DNA of 64,000 nucleotides from Gammaproteobacteria bacterium (GCA_022340305.1 JAJDOF010000027.1:12682-76681), one strand, 5' to 3'. Numbered from the stretch's first letter, positions 17,709 to 27,280 are shown. Notes: generated by a model from the letters alone, not told the origin. Translations and numbers: made by a program.

Positions 17709-20578
17709 TTGCTTAACCCTCGCACAAAGGCCTGCCACTTGCCACGCGCCGGTTCCATGCCCGGGACCCGGGCTTGCGTCGCAAACTGTGGTGAGGTTTC
17801 CTGTGGCTCGTGGGCATCAGCCTTGTAGACGCGTACGCGCAGATCGTACCAGGCGGCCTGCCCGGTAATCGGGTCGGAATTGGAGTAACGATGCTCGCCC
17901 GCTGCTGCCGGTATTTCTTCGCTGATCAGGTGATTCAGCAGGAATCCTTTTTTCGACTCGTTCGCACCGGCCTCGAGCCCCCAGGCACCGGATGCCTTGC
18001 CGATCGCGTTCCAGGTCCACACGGTCCCAGGCTCCACGGCTTCACTGAAACGACACATGCAACGCACCCGGCCGTGTGCGGATTCGACCCAGATCCAGTC
18101 GCCGTCGCCGAAACCCTGCTGCGCACCGACAAGCGGACTGACGAACAGGTAATTATGCGCATGAATCTGGCGCAACCAGGCATTCTGGGAATCCCAGGAA
18201 TGATACATCGCCATCGGCCGCTGGGTGATCGCGTTTAACGGATACATGTCTTTGTCGATGGCCTGGGTTTCCAGAGGTTCGCTGTAAAACGGTAACGGAT
18301 CGAAATGGGTGCGCACGCGTTCGCGCAGGTAGTCTGGCGGCTGGCGTCCGGCGCTTTTGCCCTCGGCAGCAAGGCGGAAGCGTTGCAGCACTTCAGAATA
18401 AAGATGCAGGTTGACCGGGTCGGTGTAACGGATCAGGCCATGATCCTGTGCCCAGTGCAGATAGCCCCGATTCCAGTTGCGCATGTATTGGTAGGATCGC
18501 GGCAACTTGTGCTCGTAGACACAATTGTTCTTCGCATACATTTCCCACTGGTTGGGGTTGGGCTCGCCTCGCATGAATTTTTCGCCGCCCTTGCCGCGCC
18601 AGCCCGCCAGGAAACCGATACCCGAACCGGGCTCGGTTTCGTAGTTGATCACCAGGTCCTTGTAGTCCTTGAACTTGCGCGTGCCATCCGGATTAAGAAA
18701 ACGCGGCAGCTTTAGCCGGGTTGCGAGCTCCACCAATACATCCTGGAAGGGCCTGCAGTCACCCAGCGGCGGCACCACCGGCACCCGTACCGAATCAATC
18801 GGGCCTTCAAAATCGGAAATCGGACGATCCAGCATCGACATTGCATCATGCCGTTCCAGATAGGAGGTATCGGGTAACACGATATCAGCGAAGGCGATGG
18901 TTTCCGAGTGAAATGCATCGCAGACTACGAGGAAAGGAATCTTGTACTCGCCGTCATCGTTCTTGTCGACCAACATATCGCGCACGCCACTGGTGTTCAT
19001 CGACGAATTCCACGCCATGTTGGACATGAACAGCAACAAGGTATCGATAGGATAGGGATCGCCGCGCCAGGCATTGGTAATGGCGTTGTGCATCAGCCCG
19101 TGCACCGACAGCGGATATTCCCAGGAGAAACCCTTGTCGAGGCGCACCGGACCGCCCTCATCGTCGACGAACAGGTCTTCTGGTGAGGCTGGAAAACCGA
19201 GCGGCATCCCTTCCAGTGGCGCTCCGGGCTGCACCGCGTCAGGTGACCTGGGCGGCTTGGCACAGGGCGGAATCGGTCGCGGAAACGGCGCCTTGTGACG
19301 AAAACCGCCGGGACGATCGATAGTGCCCAGTATCGTCATCAAAATTCCGAGCGCGCGCACGGTCTGAAAGCCGTTGGAATGGGCCGCCAGCCCACGCATC
19401 GCGTGGAACGACACCGGGTTGCCGGTAATCGATTCATGCTCACGTCCCCAGGCGTCGGTCCAGGGTATCGGCAGTTCGATGGTCTCATCGCGCGCGGTAA
19501 TGCCCATTTCATGCGCCAGGCGACGAATCGTCTGTGCCGAAATCCCGGTAATACCCTCGGCCCACTCCGGCGTGTATTGCTCGACTCGTTCCTTCAACAA
19601 CTGAAACGCCGGTTTCACCTTACACCCCTGCTCCGTTTCGAACTCACCCATCAAGCGCGCATCCGCGCCCTCGGCGTGTGCCTGCACCGCCGTATCCCGA
19701 TGACGGTCCCACCACATCTTGTTGTCCGGATCGATACAGGATTCCTTGATCTCCTTGTCAGAGCGCAGGAACAGGCCGAAATCGTCGCTGTCAGCATCGG
19801 CGTTCACCAGGTCCGGTGAATTGGTGTAGTGCAACAGAAAGTCACGATCGTAGAGTCCGAGGGCAATCATTTCGTGAATGATGGCGAGCAACAGCGCGCC
19901 GTCGGTGCCCGGTTTGATCGGAACCCACTCGTCAGCGATCGCCGCATAGCCGCTACGCACCGGGTTGACGGCGATAAACTTACCGCCATTGCGCTTGAAT
20001 TTGGCCAGTTCGATTTTCATCGGGTTGGAATGGTGATCTTCGGCCGTACCGAACATGATAAACAGGCGCGAGCGCTCCAGATCAGGCCCGCCGAATTCCC
20101 AGAACGAACCGCCGATGGTATAGATCATCCCGGCCGCCATATTGACCGAGCAAAAGCCACCGTGCGCCGCATAGTTCGGGGTGCCGAACTGCTTGGCGAA
20201 CAGGCCGGTCAGCGCCTGCATCTGGTCTCGGCCGGTATAGAAGGCGAACTTGCGCGGGTCAGTATCGCGAATCTGCTGAAGGCGTTCGCTGATCGTCGTA
20301 AAAGCCTCTTCCCAGGATATCTCCTCGAACTCGGAAGTACCGCGTTCCGCGCCTGCTTTGCGGCGCAAGGGTTTGCTCAAGCGCGCCGGCGAATACTGTT
20401 TCATGATGCCCGACGCTCCCTTTGCACAAAGCACACCCTTGTTGATCGGATGTTCGGGATTGCCCTGGATAAAGCGCACCTCACCATCTTCGACGGTGAC
20501 ATTGATACCGCAACGACAGGCGCACATGTAACAGGTCGTCGATTTGACTTCACGTTTTAGGGCTGGTTTGGCAGCCAT
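17705..20578 (-). CDS. soeA: molybdopterin (Mo-bisPGD) oxidoreductase catalytic subunit without a Tat signal; probable cytoplasm-facing sulfite dehydrogenase SoeA
   Basis: 957 aa with an N-terminal FeS motif CYMCACRCG...C. No twin-arginine motif in MAAKPALKREVKSTT. Subunit sizes and gene order resemble SoeABC as I recall it from Allochromatium vinosum. The Mo-enzyme call is firm (0.95); the Soe identity is an inference. Confidence 0.65.
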   Translation of the reverse strand: MAAKPALKREVKSTTCYMCACRCGINVTVEDGEVRFIQGNPEHPINKGVLCAKGASGIMKQYSPARLSKPLRRKAGAERGTSEFEEISWEEAFTTISERLQQIRDTDPRKFAFYTGRDQMQALTGLFAKQFGTPNYAAHGGFCSVNMAAGMIYTIGGSFWEFGGPDLERSRLFIMFGTAEDHHSNPMKIELAKFKRNGGKFIAVNPVRSGYAAIADEWVPIKPGTDGALLLAIIHEMIALGLYDRDFLLHYTNSPDLVNADADSDDFGLFLRSDKEIKESCIDPDNKMWWDRHRDTAVQAHAEGADARLMGEFETEQGCKVKPAFQLLKERVEQYTPEWAEGITGISAQTIRRLAHEMGITARDETIELPIPWTDAWGREHESITGNPVSFHAMRGLAAHSNGFQTVRALGILMTILGTIDRPGGFRHKAPFPRPIPPCAKPPRSPDAVQPGAPLEGMPLGFPASPEDLFVDDEGGPVRLDKGFSWEYPLSVHGLMHNAITNAWRGDPYPIDTLLLFMSNMAWNSSMNTSGVRDMLVDKNDDGEYKIPFLVVCDAFHSETIAFADIVLPDTSYLERHDAMSMLDRPISDFEGPIDSVRVPVVPPLGDCRPFQDVLVELATRLKLPRFLNPDGTRKFKDYKDLVINYETEPGSGIGFLAGWRGKGGEKFMRGEPNPNQWEMYAKNNCVYEHKLPRSYQYMRNWNRGYLHWAQDHGLIRYTDPVNLHLYSEVLQRFRLAAEGKSAGRQPPDYLRERVRTHFDPLPFYSEPLETQAIDKDMYPLNAITQRPMAMYHSWDSQNAWLRQIHAHNYLFVSPLVGAQQGFGDGDWIWVESAHGRVRCMCRFSEAVEPGTVWTWNAIGKASGAWGLEAGANESKKGFLLNHLISEEIPAAAGEHRYSNSDPITGQAAWYDLRVRVYKADAHEPQETSPQFATQARVPGMEPARGKWQAFVRGLSK

Positions 20579-20674
20579 GTCGTCGTTGCTCGAGGTGATG
20601 GGTATCGAAGCCTAGTGTGAATTTTTCCACGGCGATATGCAAAACAATAAAATTGATCGCGGTAATAGTATATT

Positions 20675-20693
20675 TAATAAATTAAATTTATTA
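20675..20693. promoter_or_regulatory. perfect 19-bp palindrome TAATAAATTAAATTTATTA (copy 1), candidate operator
   Basis: Read directly. Positions i and 20-i are complementary around the central A. It lies in the AT-rich divergent soeA / DAHP-synthase intergenic region. Confidence 0.4.
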
Positions 20694-20704
20694 GTTATGC
20701 TTGG

Positions 20705-20723
20705 TAATAAATTAAATTTATTA
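20705..20723. promoter_or_regulatory. perfect 19-bp palindrome TAATAAATTAAATTTATTA (copy 2), candidate operator
   Basis: Identical to copy 1, with centres 30 bp apart. Confidence 0.4.
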
Positions 20724-20885
20724 ATATTGGGTGATTCGAATTTAAAGTTTCGACGCAGCCGGTGGATAGCCGCAGTCGAAGTAAAAACAAAAGAATCACC
20801 GTATTTTGCTGGCGTTCCGGCGCAAATTCAGGCATTTTGCACTGTTTTCTGCAGCCCGAAATTCAATCCCTTCTGTGATGACAGC

Positions 20886-22259
20886 ATGACCCGTAAATCC
20901 TCGCCTGGCAGCTGGCGACAATTCCCTGTCCAACAACAACCGGACTATCCCGACAAGGCGCAGCTCGAGCATGTCGAAAGCCAGTTGCGCGCGCTGCCAC
21001 CGCTGGTTTTTGCCCAGGAGATCCGCGACCTCAAGCAACAGTTGGCCGATGTCGGTCATGGCAAGGGTTTCCTGTTGCAAGGGGGTGACTGTGCCGAATC
21101 CTTCAACGAATTCAGCGCCAACAAGATTCGCGATACCTTCAAAGTGTTGCTGCAGATGGCGGTGGTGCTCACCTTTGCCGGCCGGCGCCCGGTCACCAAG
21201 ATAGCGCGCATGGCCGGCCAGTTCGCCAAACCGCGTTCGGCCGACTACGAAAACGTCGATGGCGAATCGCTACTGAGCTTTCGTGGCGATATCATCAATT
21301 CCGCAAGCGCCAATGCCGCGGCCAGGATCGCCGATCCACAGCGCATGTTACGAGCCTATAACCAGAGTGCATCGACCCTCAACCTGCTGCGCGCCTTCGC
21401 CCAGGGCGGCTTCGCCGACCTGCACCAGGTGCATCGCTGGAATATGAGTTTCGTCGAGGCCAGCCCCAGCAAGCAGCGCTATCTCCAACTCTCGGAACGC
21501 ATCGAGGATGCGCTCGCTTTCATGGAAGTCTGCGGCGTCAATTCACAGACCGCGCCGACGCTTCGCGAGACCCAGTTGTTTACCTCGCACGAAGCGCTGC
21601 TGTTAAATTACGAGGAAGCGCTGTCGCGTATCGACTCGTTCACCGGCAAACGTTATAACTGTTCGGCTCATTTCGTCTGGATCGGAGAGCGCACTCGCCA
21701 GCTGGACCATGCCCACGTGGAGTTTTTCAAGCACATCGAAAATCCGGTCGGCGTCAAAATCGGTGCATCCATAACCCCGGATGAACTGCTGCGCCTGATC
21801 GATGCACTCAACCCCGACAACGAGGCGGGCCGGCTGACTCTGATTACGCGCATGGGTGCTGACCAGCTGGCTGACAGGTTACCGCCGCTAATCCGCGCAG
21901 TGCAGCAGGAGGGACGTGAGCTGGTCTGGTCGTCAGACCCGATGCACGGTAATACGGTCGAATCCAGCAACGGTTACAAAACGCGACAGTTCGACGATAT
22001 CCTGCGTGAATTAAACCAGTTTTTCGCAGTGCATCAGGCCGAGGGTAGTTATCCCGGCGGCATCCACCTCGAGATGACCGGCGAGCACGTCACCGAATGT
22101 ACCGGCGGCGCTTACCAGATAACCGATTCGGATTTGTCCACGCGCTATATGACCAGCTGTGATCCACGGCTGAATGCGGACCAGGTGCTGGAACTGGCTT
22201 ACCAGATTGCGGATGCCTTCGTCCACACGGCGCCCGCTCAACCTAACCTTCAACCCTGA
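20886..22259 (+). CDS. class II (plant/AroA-II type) 3-deoxy-7-phosphoheptulonate (DAHP) synthase
   Basis: 457 aa from the ATG at 20886. [39 protein letters not shown] and DPMHGNT are typical of class II DAHPS. The track ORF's upstream 83 codons lie in AT-rich non-coding DNA. Confidence 0.92.
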   Translation: MTRKSSPGSWRQFPVQQQPDYPDKAQLEHVESQLRALPPLVFAQEIRDLKQQLADVGHGKGFLLQGGDCAESFNEFSANKIRDTFKVLLQMAVVLTFAGRRPVTKIARMAGQFAKPRSADYENVDGESLLSFRGDIINSASANAAARIADPQRMLRAYNQSASTLNLLRAFAQGGFADLHQVHRWNMSFVEASPSKQRYLQLSERIEDALAFMEVCGVNSQTAPTLRETQLFTSHEALLLNYEEALSRIDSFTGKRYNCSAHFVWIGERTRQLDHAHVEFFKHIENPVGVKIGASITPDELLRLIDALNPDNEAGRLTLITRMGADQLADRLPPLIRAVQQEGRELVWSSDPMHGNTVESSNGYKTRQFDDILRELNQFFAVHQAEGSYPGGIHLEMTGEHVTECTGGAYQITDSDLSTRYMTSCDPRLNADQVLELAYQIADAFVHTAPAQPNLQP

Positions 22260-22270
22260 ATCACTGGAAC

Positions 22271-23200
22271 ATGCCTATGACCGATTCGCTGCCGAGCAAG
22301 CTCGCCCAGGTATTGCAAGCAGGCCAGTTTGCGATGACCGCCGAAACCTCACCACCGGACGCCGCTTCACCCGACGTCGTGCTGCAGCGAGTCGCCTGTC
22401 TCAAGGGCGTTGCCGACGCGGTCAATGTGACCGACGGTGCCAGTGCCAGGGTGCATATGTCGGCGCTTGCCGCCGCCGCGATCATGGCGCGTGAAGGTAT
22501 AGAGCCGGTATTGCAAATGACCACGCGCGATCGCAATCGACTCGCGCTACAGGGCGATGTGCTCGGTGCCGCAGCACTCGGTATACACAACTTCCTGTGC
22601 CTCACTGGCGACAAGATGTCGGCCGGCGACCAGCCCGCGGCCGCCGAGGTGTTCGAGATTGACAGTGGCGAACTGATGCGGCAGATGCGCGCCATGCGCG
22701 ATGCCGGGACCTACCCCTCGGGGCGCAGCATCGATCCACCGCCTGCGCTGTTTCTCGGTGCTGCCGAAATGCCCGCCGAACCGGGTGAGCACTGGCCTGC
22801 GGCACGCCTGCAGGCCAAGATCGATAATGGCACGCAGTTTTTCCAGACACAGTACTGCTTCGACCTGGGCAAGGTGAAGCGCTACTGCCGCGCACTGGTC
22901 GATGGCGGTTTTACCGAGCAGGCGCACTTCCTGATCGGCATCGGTCCGTTGGCGTCGGCCAAATCGGCGCGCTGGATGACCGCTAACCTGTTCGGCGTCG
23001 AAGTCCCCGAAACCATTATCAAGCGACTTGAAGGCGCCAGGGACCAGAAAGCCGAAGGTCGCGCCATCTGTGCCGAATTGTTGCAGGGCATGGCTGAAAT
23101 CGAAGGCTGCGCCGGCGCGCATTTGATGGCGCCCCATCAGGAAGCCGCCTGTGCCCAGGTCATTCGCGAATCGGGCCTGTTAAAACTCAGGCAGGCGTGA
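22271..23200 (+). CDS. methylenetetrahydrofolate reductase family protein (MetF-like)
   Basis: FAMTAETSPP, NVTDGASARVHMS, LQMTTRDRN and FLCLTGD resemble the MTHFR TIM barrel. It starts 11 nt downstream of the DAHPS stop. Confidence 0.75.
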   Translation: MPMTDSLPSKLAQVLQAGQFAMTAETSPPDAASPDVVLQRVACLKGVADAVNVTDGASARVHMSALAAAAIMAREGIEPVLQMTTRDRNRLALQGDVLGAAALGIHNFLCLTGDKMSAGDQPAAAEVFEIDSGELMRQMRAMRDAGTYPSGRSIDPPPALFLGAAEMPAEPGEHWPAARLQAKIDNGTQFFQTQYCFDLGKVKRYCRALVDGGFTEQAHFLIGIGPLASAKSARWMTANLFGVEVPETIIKRLEGARDQKAEGRAICAELLQGMAEIEGCAGAHLMAPHQEAACAQVIRESGLLKLRQA

Positions 23201-23364
23201 GGCGAATTCTCGTTGCCGGCGCCCCGAGCGCGCATACCCGGCCAATGACCCGAGCCTGTCTATCGGCTTGCGCCTGCAAATGACGACCCATTGACGCTGT
23301 TTAGGGTGAATAGCCGGTAAATTTTGCTGTGGCATTATGCGTGCAGCTTTTGTACTGTTAAGCC

Positions 23365-24510
23365 ATGTTTAGCCTAACCCAGCCTTCGCCACTGTATCAC
23401 CACATCCTGCTGTTGCTGACGACCCTGTGGTCGAGTGGCGCCGCAGCGCAATCCTTTGTCGATGTCGAACAGTCCAATCCCGGCATTCGTGTCGAGCAGC
23501 TTTTCAACAACCTCGGCGTTCCCTGGGGCATGGCATTTGTCTCGCCGCAGCGAATGCTGATCACCGAGCGTGATGGGCAGGCGCGCCTGCTGGACCTGCA
23601 AACCGGCTCGGTAAAAGCCTTGCAGGGATTGCCGGAAATAGTTGCCGAAGGCCAGGGTGGCCTGCTCGACGTGGTGGCCGGACCCGATTATAAAAGCGAT
23701 GGCTGGATCTATTTCACCTACAGTAAACCTGAAAATGCAGAGGCCGCCACCACGCTGGCGCGCGCGCGCCTGGACGACTTGCGCCTGGTCGACTGGCAGG
23801 ACTTACTGGTCACCGATTCCGCAACCTCGAGTCGACACCATTTCGGCAGCCGTATCGCCTTTGATCGAGAGGGTCATGTCTTCTTTGGTGTTGGCGATCG
23901 TGGTGAACGCCACGAGGCGCAAAACCTGGAAAATCACCAGGGAAGCATCATGCGTCTCAATCTCGATGGCAGTGTCCCCGTCGACAACCCGTTTTTGCGC
24001 GATGCGCCTGCGCGCGCGGAAATCTGGAGCTATGGACATCGAAACCCGCAAGGCATGGCCTATGACCCACTGCATCAAAGGCTCTGGTCGATCGAACATG
24101 GACCGCGCGGCGGCGACGAAATCAACCGCGTGCTGCCAGGGCGAAACTATGGGTGGCCGGTGATTAGCCACGGCAAGGAATACTGGGGCCCCATTGCCAT
24201 CGGCGAAGGCACCAGCAAAGCCGGCATGGAACAGCCGTACAAGGTTTATATCCCGTCGATAGCGCCAGGCAGCCTGATGTTGTATCGCGGCGCTGCCTTC
24301 CCCGAATGGCAGGGCAGTCTGTTCGCCGGCGCGCTCAAACTCCGCCACCTGAACCGCATCAGCCTGTCGGCCAATGGCGAAGTGACCGGTGAACAACGTC
24401 TGCTCGAGGATCTGCAGGAGCGCATTCGAGCCGTCATCCAGGGCCCCGAAGGCTGGATCTATTTTTCAACTGACAGCGGGCGCATATTGCGCATTCGCCC
24501 GGCATCATGA
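23365..24510 (+). CDS. PQQ-dependent soluble sugar (aldose/sorbosone) dehydrogenase, secreted
   Basis: Signal-like N-terminus. Beta-propeller motifs GQGGLLDV, HFGSRIAFD, HQGSIMRLNLDGSVPVDNPF, SYGHRNPQGMAYDP, EHGPRGGDEIN and GRNYGWP (YliI/Asd family). Confidence 0.88.
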   Translation: MFSLTQPSPLYHHILLLLTTLWSSGAAAQSFVDVEQSNPGIRVEQLFNNLGVPWGMAFVSPQRMLITERDGQARLLDLQTGSVKALQGLPEIVAEGQGGLLDVVAGPDYKSDGWIYFTYSKPENAEAATTLARARLDDLRLVDWQDLLVTDSATSSRHHFGSRIAFDREGHVFFGVGDRGERHEAQNLENHQGSIMRLNLDGSVPVDNPFLRDAPARAEIWSYGHRNPQGMAYDPLHQRLWSIEHGPRGGDEINRVLPGRNYGWPVISHGKEYWGPIAIGEGTSKAGMEQPYKVYIPSIAPGSLMLYRGAAFPEWQGSLFAGALKLRHLNRISLSANGEVTGEQRLLEDLQERIRAVIQGPEGWIYFSTDSGRILRIRPAS

Positions 24511-24701
24511 TCAACCAGCTTATTGAAACCAGGGTGCAGTGCCCCTATTGCTGGGAAAGCTTCACGATACTGATCGACGGTTCCGTCGAGTCCCAGGAAT
24601 ACGTCGAGGACTGCGAAGTCTGTTGCCGGCCGATCGATTTTGTGGTCGCGGTGGACGATCTTGGCGAGGTAACCGTGGCAGCACGCCTGCAAGATGAGTA
24701 G
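24507..24701 (+). CDS. CPXCG-motif cysteine-rich mini-protein (zinc-ribbon-like)
   Basis: 64 aa with CPYCWESF...CEVCCRPI. ATGA overlap with the PQQ-DH stop, and 8-nt overlap with the next ORF. Confidence 0.75.
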   Translation: MINQLIETRVQCPYCWESFTILIDGSVESQEYVEDCEVCCRPIDFVVAVDDLGEVTVAARLQDE

Positions 24702-26733
24702 GCGGTTTAAAACACTCATTCTGTTGCTGTTATTGATCGCTGGTAACGCGGTGCTGGCTGCACCGCAATGGGTCGCGCACACCTCCATAGCGAGTCCCGA
24801 CCTGCCGCCTGGGGGATGGTCACGTTTCGACGATCTCTTTAGGGACGCCAGCGGGCAATACCAGATACCCTACCCGTTTGCCGAGCTGGTGAGATTTCTC
24901 GAAGCAAGAGTCGACAATGGCCAGCGTAGCGGAGTTCGCCAGGTCTTTATACCCATCGGTAGATCGCTGCAACGCAATGCCCCGGCACCGGATTTCTTTC
25001 ACTTCCCACGCGCTCTGATCGCGCTGCAGGGCGAACCGGCAGCAGGCACAAGGGTGCTTGAATACCGGTTGTTTATCGCCCACCAGCCCAGTACCGCAAC
25101 ACTCGAAGTCATCAGTTACAATGACATCGCCGGCCGTTTTGAATTCCAGGTTGTCGATGCCTATGACGCCCGGCAACGTCCGCTGGTGCGCCAGGCCAAC
25201 CGGCTGATGTGCCTGAGTTGCCATCAAAATGCAGCACCGATATTTGCCATGCGTCCATGGAGTGAGACCAACTTCAACGTCGAGGTCGCCGCCCGCTTGC
25301 ATGACGCTCTGCCGGCACGATTCAAATCGTTTGTCGGCAGCTTGTCGGCGGACGCCGGCGCCATCGACCTGCTCGCCGAGCGCGCAAATTACCTGGCGGC
25401 GGCACAATTGATCTGGCAGCAGGGCTGCAGCGATGCCAGCTGTCGCGCTGCTGCGTTACTCGCGCTGTTGCAATACCGCCTGAGTGGGGAAACAAATTTC
25501 GCGCGTAGCGATTCCGTTTATCGTAGCGATTACGTCGCAAATCTGCGACGCAACTGGCAGCGCAACTGGCCCGACGGACTGGCGCTCGCAAATAGCCGCA
25601 TCGTCGACCGCGACCCGTTCGCCGAGGAGCCGCTGACGCGCACCGAGGACGCCTTGTCGTTGCGTCCGCCGCACGCCACCTGGCGCGATGTCGACGCAAT
25701 AGTCGCCGGCGGCATCATTATTCGTCTTGCCGGATTTATGACGCAGGCCGATATTCTCCGGCTCGACCGCCATCTGATCGCGAAAGGTAATCGGTCGGTG
25801 CAAAATAATGAACGGCTCGAAGCCCGTTGCCGGTTGTCTAACCACACTGAATCGACGCGTTTGCTGAAATGCGCCAACGGCGCGAGCAAGGCATCCCTGC
25901 GAGCAACAATCGAGCTTGAATATAGCCTGGGAAAGGTGCAATCGATGCGCCTACTTTCGCTGCGTCTTGCCGACGAACCCGGCCTGTTAGAGCCCACTAT
26001 CGTTAACCTTACGAGACTCGCCGATGGACTGCAGGCCGACCTGGAGAATGCAGATGGTGCAATATCGATGCGCCTGCCCAGCGGCGATCGCCTCCACTCA
26101 CTCAAGTTGCACTGGCAGGACGATTCGCTGCAGCGGGAGATTCACCTGGAAATCGAAATAGCGCGCGAATTCCAGATCATCGAACAGGCGCTCGCCAGTA
26201 TGTTGCTGAATCATCGCAAGGGTAACGGCGCCAGCCTGAGTACCGGGCCCTTCCAGCGTGAGGTGATAATGGCCGAACTCGGTAAAGCATTGGGGCTGGC
26301 AGCAGACCACAACGAACCTCCGCAAGCAAGGCGCCAGCAGCATGCACAAATTCCAGCGCGGACGTTACCCCTGTTGAAGGGCGAGCAAGCTGGCGATCTG
26401 GCGCTGTTACAGCCCTATTGCGGCCACTGTCATGGCGCTGATACGCTTGCTCCACCTGGCTTTCTGGCCGGTAACGATACGACTCGTCACATCGAGCAGT
26501 GCGCAGCACGCATACTGGCCCGCCTACTGGCCTGGCACGACCCGAGCGAGCAGGCAATCGCACCCATGCCACCACCGGCGAGCATCGACGCGAACTGGTC
26601 GCAAAGCGAAGATTATTTCAACCTGACTGCAGCCATAGGGGAACAGCTTGCGGCAACCCGGGGGTCTGCCGCTGTTATCGCGGCAACGGCTGGCAGCTAC
26701 GATCTGCTACCGCCTTGCATGACGATCGACTAG
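24694..26733 (+). CDS. secreted protein of unknown function with two CXXCH haem-c binding motifs (putative dihaem cytochrome c)
   Basis: 679 aa with signal peptide MSRRFKTLILLLLLIAGNAVLAAPQ. CLSCH is encoded at 25210-25224 and CGHCH at 26419-26433. No other family recognised. Confidence 0.6.
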   Translation: MSRRFKTLILLLLLIAGNAVLAAPQWVAHTSIASPDLPPGGWSRFDDLFRDASGQYQIPYPFAELVRFLEARVDNGQRSGVRQVFIPIGRSLQRNAPAPDFFHFPRALIALQGEPAAGTRVLEYRLFIAHQPSTATLEVISYNDIAGRFEFQVVDAYDARQRPLVRQANRLMCLSCHQNAAPIFAMRPWSETNFNVEVAARLHDALPARFKSFVGSLSADAGAIDLLAERANYLAAAQLIWQQGCSDASCRAAALLALLQYRLSGETNFARSDSVYRSDYVANLRRNWQRNWPDGLALANSRIVDRDPFAEEPLTRTEDALSLRPPHATWRDVDAIVAGGIIIRLAGFMTQADILRLDRHLIAKGNRSVQNNERLEARCRLSNHTESTRLLKCANGASKASLRATIELEYSLGKVQSMRLLSLRLADEPGLLEPTIVNLTRLADGLQADLENADGAISMRLPSGDRLHSLKLHWQDDSLQREIHLEIEIAREFQIIEQALASMLLNHRKGNGASLSTGPFQREVIMAELGKALGLAADHNEPPQARRQQHAQIPARTLPLLKGEQAGDLALLQPYCGHCHGADTLAPPGFLAGNDTTRHIEQCAARILARLLAWHDPSEQAIAPMPPPASIDANWSQSEDYFNLTAAIGEQLAATRGSAAVIAATAGSYDLLPPCMTID

Positions 26734-26999
26734 CGCGTGGCAAAGCCCTGGCAAGCGGCGAGATCTTGCGGCGCATCCAGGCTCACCGCGCCAACCCGCG
26801 CGTGTTGCGGGCCAGAGCGAATCATTTCGATAACCCGTTCGACCGCTTCCGCTTTGCCCTGTAGCAGGAATTCGACGCGGCCATCGGCATGATTATAGGC
26901 GTACCCACAAAGCCCATTTTGCTGCGCCGCGGTGCGTACGAAATAGCGAAAGCCAACCCCTTGCACCCGACCGCTGACATATCCTTTCACGCTATGCAT
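26730..26999 (-). CDS. acyP: acylphosphatase
   Basis: 90 aa from the internal ATG. The signature VSGRVQGVGFRYF is present, and GYAYNHADGRVE. Confidence 0.88.
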   Translation of the reverse strand: MHSVKGYVSGRVQGVGFRYFVRTAAQQNGLCGYAYNHADGRVEFLLQGKAEAVERVIEMIRSGPQHARVGAVSLDAPQDLAACQGFATR

Positions 27000-27279
27000 G
27001 ATGTTGGGCGATGAAGATTTTAAGCTGATCGACGATATCGCCCAGTGCGGCCTCGTCGACCCCGGTGAAAAAAGGTCCTGCCGGTGCAAAGCGCAGCACC
27101 GGGCCTTCTTCGCAACGACCCAGGCATTCACGCCGCTGCACCGGCACGGCGAGCTTTTCAGCAGCAATCATCGACTCCAGCTGGTGGATCAGCGCGAGGC
27201 TACCACTGGCGACACAGGAGCGTTGACCGGCACCAAGCCGCTCATTGATGCAGACGACCAGTCGTACCGGTCGGGACAC
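26992..27279 (-). CDS. thioredoxin-like [2Fe-2S] ferredoxin family protein
   Basis: Cys ligand pattern VCINERLGAGQRSC...ECLGRCEEGPV. Start probably the GTG at 27279, one nt after the upstream TGA. The track ORF extends to 27321. Confidence 0.7.
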   Translation of the reverse strand: MSRPVRLVVCINERLGAGQRSCVASGSLALIHQLESMIAAEKLAVPVQRRECLGRCEEGPVLRFAPAGPFFTGVDEAALGDIVDQLKIFIAQHHA

Positions 27280-27280
27280 G

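Noticed and set aside
20637-20885. 83-codon N-terminal extension of the DAHP synthase ORF in the track ([10 protein letters not shown]...).
   Set aside because: The extension lies in strongly AT-rich DNA containing the twin palindromes. Its sequence is Asn/Lys/Leu-rich and unlike the rest of the protein. The conserved class II DAHPS N-terminus begins at the ATG at 20886.
14029-22259. Phenazine biosynthesis cluster, suggested by a PhzF-family gene and a class II DAHP synthase (PhzC-like).
   Set aside because: The two genes are about 6 kb apart on opposite strands, separated by the soeABC operon. No phzA/B, phzD, phzE or phzG homologues are present. Both families are widespread outside phenazine producers.
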